In this document: positions 56,380 to 64,000 of the stretch, piece by piece
Numbering within the stretch: the stretch's first letter is position 1
Layout: each line of letters opens with the position of its first letter
Assembly: GCA_014729775.1 (NCBI GenBank)
Contig: WJJJ01000031.1
Coordinates: forward strand, 7,074 to 71,073
Source of the DNA: Candidatus Omnitrophota bacterium
GTDB lineage: Bacteria > Omnitrophota > Gorgyraeia > Duberdicusellales > 4484-171
Length of the DNA: 64,000 bases
Direction of reading: 5' to 3'
Notes under the pieces: generated by a model
Seen by the model: only the letters and a program-made list of their open reading frames with translations
Told to the model about the DNA's origin: nothing
Databases searched by the model: none
Position numbers and translations under genes: made by a program

Positions 56380-57255
56380 TCATTCCGGGATGATTTCCAG
56401 GGAAAAGTCGAACGCCGCGGGAGAATGCGTGAGCGCGCCGACGGAAATTGAATCGACGCCGGTTCGGGCGATGCGGGAGACCTGTGCGATGCGGATACCG
56501 CCGGACGCTTCCAGTTTGACCCGCGGAAAATGGCGGTCGCGCAAAGCCGCCGCTTTTTTTAGATTGGGCACGGTGAAATTATCCAGCATGATGATATCCG
56601 GCCGGCAGCGGATCACTCCTCTGAATTCGTCCATGTTTTCGACCTCAACTTCTACAGAAAGATCGCTATGCCTGCGCACGCGTTTGATCATCTCCGAAAA
56701 CTTTTTTTCATCCAGTCGTCCGTCCACCAGATATTTTCCCGCCCGGAGATGGTTGTCTTTGATCAATACCGCGCCGTCGAGGGCGGTACGGTGATTCATC
56801 CCCCCGCCGGTCCGTACCGCGTATTTTTCCAGTATTCTCAATGCGGGCGTGGTTTTACGGGTGTCCATGATACGGGTGCGGGTGCCGCGGGTTCGGTCGA
56901 CAAATGATCTGGTCATGGTCGCGATCCCGGAAAGAAGGGAGAGAAAATTGATCGCGACCCGTTCGCGGACGAGAATCGCGCGGGCTTCGCCCCGGATCCG
57001 GGCGATCGTGTCCCCTTTGGCGCAGCGCGTGCCGTCCTTTACTCCCGCGGAAAACTTCAATCTCTTTTCATGTCCCAGCATGAACGCTTCCCGGGCGGCT
57101 TTGAGTCCGCAGACAATACCGGTTTCTTTGGCGATGATCCCCGCGGTGCACCGCGCACGGGCGGGAATCGTGAGCCGGGTGGTTACATCCCGGTGGGCAC
57201 GGTCTTCCTTGAGCGCCTGCCGGATGAGAGGATGTAATATCTTATTCGAAAGCAT
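56380..57255 (-). CDS. nadC: Quinolinate phosphoribosyltransferase
   Basis: DTRKTTP, LIKDNH, MLDN, EASGG. Confidence 0.96.
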   Translation of the reverse strand: MLSNKILHPLIRQALKEDRAHRDVTTRLTIPARARCTAGIIAKETGIVCGLKAAREAFMLGHEKRLKFSAGVKDGTRCAKGDTIARIRGEARAILVRERVAINFLSLLSGIATMTRSFVDRTRGTRTRIMDTRKTTPALRILEKYAVRTGGGMNHRTALDGAVLIKDNHLRAGKYLVDGRLDEKKFSEMIKRVRRHSDLSVEVEVENMDEFRGVIRCRPDIIMLDNFTVPNLKKAAALRDRHFPRVKLEASGGIRIAQVSRIARTGVDSISVGALTHSPAAFDFSLEIIPE

Positions 57256-59962
57256 TCTTTAATTCTTTGAGCCGGGTTAACTGCCCGGATAACTGTCCGT
57301 GCTTGAGACGTTCTTTCTCTACCGCTTCCGGAGGGGCATTGTGGAGAAAGCGTTCGTTCCGGAGCATTTTTGCCGATTTCTGTACCACTTTTTCCAGGTT
57401 CGCGACCTTTTTTTTCAGCGTCGCCAGGTAGGTGCTGAAATCCGTATCTCCTTCGGCGATATTCAGTATCCAACGCGGGCCCTTATAGAGTGTTCTTTTC
57501 AGTCCGTCCCGAAACTCAATGTGTTCGATAAACGCCAGCTTTTTAATCCAGTCCAGATTCTCTTCCCATACGTCGCGGGCTTCTCCGGCGGTGACTTCAA
57601 GGGAGACCTTTTTATTTCCCATCCCCAGGTCTGATTTAATGTTGCGGATCTCACGGATCGTGTCCAGGAGTTGCTCCATGTCCCGTTTCCGGCCGCGGTC
57701 CCACTCGCCGGAGAGCTTTTGCGGCCACGGTTCTCGGATGATCCGTCTCCGGATGAGTGAACCGAGCTGTTCCCGGATCAGCTGATAAATCTTTTCGGTG
57801 AGGAACGGGATGAAGGGATGGAGCAGTTTCAGTGAGTTGAGCAGTACCAGGATTACGATTTTCGCGCGGGCCGGAGAAAAGTGTACCTTCGCGATCTCCA
57901 CGTACCAGTCGCAGTACTGGTGCCAGAAAAACTCATAGATTGATTTTGCGGCTTCGTTATAGCGGTAGCTCTCAATATTGGTTTCCACGGCCTCGATGGC
58001 GCCGTTCATTTCCCGGAGGATCCACTCGTCGGCCGCACCGTCACAATGGCAGGAAAGATCGCAGAGCTCGATGCCCTCCTCTTCTATTTTACCGAGCAGG
58101 AACCGCGCGGCGTTCCATATCTTGTTGCAGAAGTTGCGCCCGACCAGGAATTTCTCGTCGGAGAGGAATACGTCGGAGCCGCTGGCGGCCAGCATCATCA
58201 GCGAAAAACGGAGGGCGTCGGCGCCGAACTTTTCGATAATCTCGAGCGGATCGATTACGTTGCCCAGCGACTTCGACATCTTGATCCCCTTCTCGTCCCG
58301 GACCGTCCCGTGAATGACGACGTCGCTGAACGGAATATTCTGCTGGAATTCCAGGCCGGCCATGATCATCCGCGCCACCCAGAAAAACAGGATTTCGGAA
58401 CCGGTCACCAGCGTATTGGTGGGATAGAAAAACTGTAGTTCTTTTTGCTGGTCGTGGATGGGGGATTCCTGCTCCCGGGAGAACGGCCAGCCGAAGGTGG
58501 CGAACGGCCACAGCCAGGAGGAAAACCAGGTGTCGAGCACGTCGGGGTCCTGAATGAGCTTCGTGCCGCCGCAGTCGGGACACTTTTCCGGTTTTTCTTT
58601 GGCCGCGATCACCCCGCGCTGCGATTCATCTCCTTTATCCTGCCGCTTACCCGTTGCCTCTGACTGCGTGTTTATACATTCCTGGCAGTACCAGACCGGG
58701 ATACGGTGACCCCACCAGATCTGGCGGGAGATGCACCAGTCCTGAATATTTTCCATCCAGTTGAGATAGACTTTTTTCCAGCGGTCGGGATAAAAACGGA
58801 CCTTTTCCCGTGTGACTACTTCGACCGCCGGTTCCGACAGCGGTTTCATTCTCACGAACCATTGGAGCGAGAGCCGAGGTTCGATGATCGTGTCACAGCG
58901 GTAGCAGCGGCCCGCGCTCACTTGGTAAGATTCTTTTTTGGCGAGGAGCCCTTCCTCTTTGAGCCGGGCGAGGAGTTCTTTGCGCGCGGTGAACCGGTCT
59001 TTTCCGGCGAACGGTCCGGCATTCTCATTCAATACCGCGTCCTCATGCATGATATTGATTGAGTCCAGGCCATGCGTTTTGCCCATGAGAAAGTCCGCCG
59101 GGTCGTGGGCAGGGGTGACCTTGACCACTCCCGTACCGAAATCCGGGTCCACGGCGTCGTCTTCGATCACCGGGAGTTTCCTGTTCAGAACCGGCAGGAT
59201 GACTTCGGCGTCTTTGAGCCAGCGGTAGCGGGCATCGCCTGGATTGACCGCCACGGCGGTGTCGCCGAGCATCGTTTCCGGCCGGGTCGTTGCCACCGTG
59301 ATGTATTTTTCTTGTTCCTTATTTCTTCCGTCCTGCCCCTTCGCTCTCACCGGATATTTAATGTGGTACAGCCATCCGTCGAGTTCCTTATGGGCGGCTT
59401 CCTCGTCGCTGAGTGCGGTCCGGCAGCGCGGGCACCAGTTGATAATGTAATTTCCCCGGTAGATCAATCCTTTTCTATACAGCCGGAGAAATACCTCGTT
59501 CACCGCCTCACTGTAGGATTCGTCCATGGTGAACCGGGTCCGCTCCCAGTCGCAGCTGGCCCCCAGTTTTTTGAGCTGATTGATGATGGTTGAGCCGTAC
59601 TGCTGCCGCCATTGCCATAACCGCTCGGTGAATTTTTCCCGGCCGAGGTCTTCTTTACGCTTTCCCTCTTTGGCCAGTTGTTTTTCCACCACATTCTGCG
59701 TGGCGATCCCGGCGTGGTCGGTGCCCGGCATCCAGAGCGCCTCCCGTCCCTTCATGCGGTGGTAACGGATCAATACGTCCTGCAGGGTATTGTTGAGCGC
59801 GTGTCCCATGTGCAGGATCCCGGTGACGTTCGGCGGCGGGATGACGATCGTATAGGGCGGTTTCCCGGAATCGGCTGAAGCCCGGAAATCGCCGCGCGCT
59901 TCCCACATCCGAAAGATATCCGTTTCGAAGTCTTTCGGGTTGTATTTCTTAGGGATATTCAT
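57242..59962 (-). CDS. valS: Valine--tRNA ligase
   Basis: PPPNVTGILHMGH, ISRQIWWGH, KMSKS, C-terminal coiled coil. Confidence 0.98.
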   Translation of the reverse strand: MNIPKKYNPKDFETDIFRMWEARGDFRASADSGKPPYTIVIPPPNVTGILHMGHALNNTLQDVLIRYHRMKGREALWMPGTDHAGIATQNVVEKQLAKEGKRKEDLGREKFTERLWQWRQQYGSTIINQLKKLGASCDWERTRFTMDESYSEAVNEVFLRLYRKGLIYRGNYIINWCPRCRTALSDEEAAHKELDGWLYHIKYPVRAKGQDGRNKEQEKYITVATTRPETMLGDTAVAVNPGDARYRWLKDAEVILPVLNRKLPVIEDDAVDPDFGTGVVKVTPAHDPADFLMGKTHGLDSINIMHEDAVLNENAGPFAGKDRFTARKELLARLKEEGLLAKKESYQVSAGRCYRCDTIIEPRLSLQWFVRMKPLSEPAVEVVTREKVRFYPDRWKKVYLNWMENIQDWCISRQIWWGHRIPVWYCQECINTQSEATGKRQDKGDESQRGVIAAKEKPEKCPDCGGTKLIQDPDVLDTWFSSWLWPFATFGWPFSREQESPIHDQQKELQFFYPTNTLVTGSEILFFWVARMIMAGLEFQQNIPFSDVVIHGTVRDEKGIKMSKSLGNVIDPLEIIEKFGADALRFSLMMLAASGSDVFLSDEKFLVGRNFCNKIWNAARFLLGKIEEEGIELCDLSCHCDGAADEWILREMNGAIEAVETNIESYRYNEAAKSIYEFFWHQYCDWYVEIAKVHFSPARAKIVILVLLNSLKLLHPFIPFLTEKIYQLIREQLGSLIRRRIIREPWPQKLSGEWDRGRKRDMEQLLDTIREIRNIKSDLGMGNKKVSLEVTAGEARDVWEENLDWIKKLAFIEHIEFRDGLKRTLYKGPRWILNIAEGDTDFSTYLATLKKKVANLEKVVQKSAKMLRNERFLHNAPPEAVEKERLKHGQLSGQLTRLKELKNAFE

Positions 59963-60153
59963 CGTGAATTACTTTACCGGGGAAAGAGGGAAGTGTCAAG
60001 ATATTCGTAGATAGACGCACCTCCACCTTACCGTGAATGGTACTGTCCGGGAAGTATCTTTTGGGAGCTGAGCGCCTTTCTCAGCACATGCAGGGAGTTT
60101 CGGCTGTGCGCCGATGCCGCCGGCCGCTGCTCATTTACCGCCGGAACCAATGT

Positions 60154-60795
60154 TTAGTTCACCAGCCAGATTTCTCCTTCCTGAGGGTTGATCGGGTCGC
60201 CGTTTCTCGGCCGGATACGGATACGTCCTACGTTTACCCGTCCCGTATCGCTGTCGATTTCCACCACATTGGTTAATCCTGCACCGGAACGCAGTACCGT
60301 CAGGTCACCCATCAGCCGGACGTTTTGGGAATCGTCAAGCTGCATGTACATCCCATAGGAGGGTTCCGATTGGGCGAAAGGAAAGTAGAAGTTCATTTTA
60401 TCTGTATCCTTCATATTGAACGCGTATTTCGCCCCATCGAAGTCTTCTAAAATGAAACGCGGAAAGTTGTTGTTATTACTGTCGCGGTTTTCCTTGATGT
60501 GAAGTTCCGATTCGGGAGCGTCGGTTCCGATCCCGATTCTACCCGCGACCCACAGGTCTCCCCGGGCATGACGGTCGGCGAGATCAGGAGCTTGCGGCGC
60601 GTCGGATTCATCAATTACGTCATCGTTGTTCATATCCCCGATGCCCATCGATCCCGTGACCAGCCGCTGATACACGCCGAACGGTGACGGGTAATAGGTG
60701 GTGAACGTGATAGTTTCCTGGTTTTCACCGCCGAAAGCCATCATTGCAGGAACGCATAAAAGCATAGTGACAAAAATAGTAAACACGTAACGCAT
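60154..60795 (-). CDS. Exported protein with 'YYPSP' N-terminal module (copy A)
   Basis: GGGGAGG RBS, signal peptide, ETITFTTYYPSPFGVY, IGIGT..P...LHI fibre-like repeat. Confidence 0.8.
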   Translation of the reverse strand: MRYVFTIFVTMLLCVPAMMAFGGENQETITFTTYYPSPFGVYQRLVTGSMGIGDMNNDDVIDESDAPQAPDLADRHARGDLWVAGRIGIGTDAPESELHIKENRDSNNNNFPRFILEDFDGAKYAFNMKDTDKMNFYFPFAQSEPSYGMYMQLDDSQNVRLMGDLTVLRSGAGLTNVVEIDSDTGRVNVGRIRIRPRNGDPINPQEGEIWLVN

Positions 60796-60915
60796 ATTTC
60801 CTCCCCCTTTTCAGAAAGTTCCGTGTCCCTTTCTAAATCCCCTTATGTATACCATATAAGTGTACCACATTTTTTGCCAAAAAAAAAGTTTTGTCCGCCG
60901 TTACGCGCCTTTCGT

Positions 60916-61998
60916 TTACCACCCGAACGCGATCCAGGAATAAGGACGGCTTTTGGTGTTGTAATCGGTTTCAAACCCGTTTTTCAGCAGGCGTATTCCG
61001 CTGTGGTGATAGGGCGGGTTCGGGTGAGGATTATCATATCCTTCGGCGTCCTTGATGTATTGAGGCGTCCATTTGTATCCCCCGCCCCACATGGTGCCGG
61101 AGGTAGGCCAGGCCTCCATTTTCAAGGTGAGGTTATCGGACCAGGCTTCGGGGCCCTGTCCGTGGGGCAGAAGCATGACAATTTTCGGTTTAAATCCGAC
61201 GTCTATAGTTCGCCACCCTCCACCGCTGCCGGTATAGATCCCCGAGTTCATCTGTACGTTGCTGGTGCCGCTTACCGGGCCCCAGACTGTTCCGTTACAG
61301 AACTCCATTATTTTTGAGGTTGAGTTGTAGCGCATCGTACCGGCTTTGGCAGCGGTACAGGTGTCGCTATCATCGCTGATCTTCACGCCGCCGCGCACGT
61401 CGAGTTTCGCCTGCGGGGTGCCGGATCCGGTGGTCATTCCGATCCCGACGCTCTCATTGTTCCCGTCGAGCATGAGGACGTTATGGTGCAGTACTATTCC
61501 GTCTTTTAGTCCCAGGTTGAAATTCAGTTTTCGGGGGCCTTCATGTGATGCGGTACCGCTGTTGAATACGTTCCAATGGGTATTGGTGCTTAAATCCTGA
61601 AAGGATATAGCGGCTCTTCCGAACCCTGGCTGGTTCGATTCGTTGCCCCGGATTACGATGCCGGAAGGGAAGGTAGTATCGTTACTGGAAACGGTCAGGC
61701 GCGCATTCCCTGTCGGGGCGTAACCGCCGATTACCGCGCTGCCCTCGACGACGAAATCAATGTCCTGGAATTGCGTACCGCTGATCTGCTGCGGACACTC
61801 TTCTTCCCAGCAGTACTGGTCATTCTGATAGTAGTTTTCCCCGACGACCATCCGCTGGCTGCGCAGTTCCCTATACACCCCGTAGGGCGAAGGATAATAG
61901 GTGGTGAAGGTGATCGTTTCTTCGTTGGATTGAGCGCTTCCGGTCACCGCCGGCATGCACAAGAACACACCGAGAAAAAGAATTCCCAAAGTACGCAT
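60916..61998 (-). CDS. Exported protein with 'YYPSP' N-terminal module (copy B), fibre/adhesin-like
   Basis: AAGGAGG RBS before ATG 61998, signal peptide, ETITFTTYYPSPYGVY, VGIG...PQAKLDVRG, C...AGTMRYN...EFCNG..W. Confidence 0.8.
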   Translation of the reverse strand: MRTLGILFLGVFLCMPAVTGSAQSNEETITFTTYYPSPYGVYRELRSQRMVVGENYYQNDQYCWEEECPQQISGTQFQDIDFVVEGSAVIGGYAPTGNARLTVSSNDTTFPSGIVIRGNESNQPGFGRAAISFQDLSTNTHWNVFNSGTASHEGPRKLNFNLGLKDGIVLHHNVLMLDGNNESVGIGMTTGSGTPQAKLDVRGGVKISDDSDTCTAAKAGTMRYNSTSKIMEFCNGTVWGPVSGTSNVQMNSGIYTGSGGGWRTIDVGFKPKIVMLLPHGQGPEAWSDNLTLKMEAWPTSGTMWGGGYKWTPQYIKDAEGYDNPHPNPPYHHSGIRLLKNGFETDYNTKSRPYSWIAFGW

Positions 61999-62120
61999 AA
62001 CGCCCTCCTTTCCGTATCGAATCTTTGCACTATTGAGTACCATATAATTCTACCATATATTTTTCGAAAAATGGAGCAGGGATCAAGTCTGCCGTTTTGG
62101 AGTGGAGGATTCCCTCGTGC

Positions 62121-62888
62121 TCAATAGGGACTGAGGTCAGTGGACGGCATCTGTTCCGAAGAGGGATGGATCATTTCATCGTAATTTTGAAGCACGAATT
62201 CATAGTTTTCGCTCTCCAGCGTCAACGAGAAATAGAGATCCCGCCACTGCCCGTCGTTGTTATTGTTGGTAGCGATTACGTAGCCGTTGGGGATTTTCCG
62301 TGCGCGCCATTCATGGGGTTGATTTTCGGTGGTAATGGTCTTTCCGGTCGTGGAACTCATTTTCAAACTGAGCACATTGATTGCGGGTTTGGGGGCAAAT
62401 CCCAGCGCGGCGAGGTCGATCTCCTGATGTCCCCAGCCAACCGCGCCGCGGTTACAGCCGAGTCTGATGTCGTCCGATCCCGGCACGCGGGCGTAGACGC
62501 AGTCGGTATTTTTTACCCATACGCCGTCGTAGCCCGGACAGTCGCCGCTTTTTTTCCCGCAGCAGCACGGCCCGTCCGACCGACAGCAGAGATCGTTGAA
62601 GGTAATCATGAGTGGTTGAGGAGCGTACTTTTTGATTGCTTTGATCCCGTCGCGGGGAGTATTGATGCGCATATTGGTAGCCAGAGGGTCGGTGGGATCG
62701 ACCAGTTCGATCCCGTAGGTAGTGCCGTCTGTATGGATTCGTAAAGGGGAATTCGATTCGTCGGCGGGACGTACGGCGACAGGTACTTTTTCCCCGTCAT
62801 CGTACACACGAAGCCCTCTATCCAGATCTTGGGCGTAGAGAACCGGCAGGCAAAAGATGAGCAGAATTCCACATGCTAGTTTTTTCAT
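62121..62888 (-). CDS. Exported hypothetical protein with Cys-rich segment
   Basis: GGAG RBS before ATG 62888, signal peptide MKKLACGILL...LYA; the ORF-track extension overlaps 5S and is spurious. Confidence 0.75.
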   Translation of the reverse strand: MKKLACGILLIFCLPVLYAQDLDRGLRVYDDGEKVPVAVRPADESNSPLRIHTDGTTYGIELVDPTDPLATNMRINTPRDGIKAIKKYAPQPLMITFNDLCCRSDGPCCCGKKSGDCPGYDGVWVKNTDCVYARVPGSDDIRLGCNRGAVGWGHQEIDLAALGFAPKPAINVLSLKMSSTTGKTITTENQPHEWRARKIPNGYVIATNNNNDGQWRDLYFSLTLESENYEFVLQNYDEMIHPSSEQMPSTDLSPY

Positions 62889-62917
62889 CACTCCGGTTAA
62901 TTCGAAAAGAAGACAAA

Positions 62918-63033
62918 GGGGGCACCGACCTACTCTCCCACAACCTTGCGGATGCAGTATCATCGGCCCTGGAGGACTTAACTACCGTATTCGGAATGGG
63001 AACGGGTGTGGCCCCTCCGGTATAAGCACCCCC
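62918..63033 (-). rRNA. rrf: 5S rRNA
   Basis: CACCCGTTCCCATTCCGAA, GCCGATGATAC, GAGAGTAGG conserved blocks; ends approximate. Confidence 0.95.
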
Positions 63034-63124
63034 ATTGTGTATTCAAAAAATGCAAAGAACCTGATCCCGGATCCTTTCTCCGCGCGCACATTTCCAGGAT
63101 CGCGTGTCTTTTCCAATGAAGACC

Positions 63125-63157
63125 TCCGGGAACCCACGCGGCGCGTGGGTTCCCGGA
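63125..63157. repeat. Perfect 16-bp inverted repeat in 23S-5S spacer
   Basis: TCCGGGAACCCACGCG-g-CGCGTGGGTTCCCGGA. Confidence 0.8.
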
Positions 63158-63172
63158 TAAAAACAAAAGGGG

Positions 63173-64000
<828 letters not shown>

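Noticed and set aside
60154-62888. Possible diversity-generating retroelement, shufflon or prophage tail cluster
   Set aside because: No reverse transcriptase, recombinase, template/variable repeat pair or phage structural genes in the window; the proteins have signal peptides. Asn runs (AAC/AAT) alone are insufficient.

Overview
A ~50% GC bacterial chromosomal core region with almost all genes on the minus strand. The lineage is inferred, from recalled protein motifs and gene order only, to be PVC group, most likely Ca. Omnitrophota. It holds a very compact ~39 kb co-oriented run: tRNA-Thr-rpmG-secE-nusG-rplKAJL-rpoBC-str-S10-spc-alpha, continuing directly into a metabolic block (aspC, LeuC-like, pilT, LeuD-like, icd, mdh, lpdA, FAD oxidoreductase, mutT). 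Also present are six tRNAs, groESL with a CIRCE, coaX/uvrB/nadC/valS, a phosphate transporter pair, and the 3' end of an rRNA operon (23S, 5S). No mobile element, CRISPR array or prophage is evident. The most unusual observations: (1) three exported modular proteins directly behind the 5S gene, two sharing an 'ETITFTTYYPSP(F/Y)GVY' N-terminal module followed by unrelated fibre/adhesin-like regions; (2) a PilT retraction ATPase between the two subunits of a probable heterodimeric aconitase in a TCA-like operon; (3) ribosomal protein L3 with a ~110-aa acidic insertion; (4) L17 ending in a MinD-like amphipathic helix; (5) recurrent leaderless-type promoters, a divergent promoter pair sharing one -35 box, and an orphan sRNA candidate. 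Family names come from motif recognition, not database searches.
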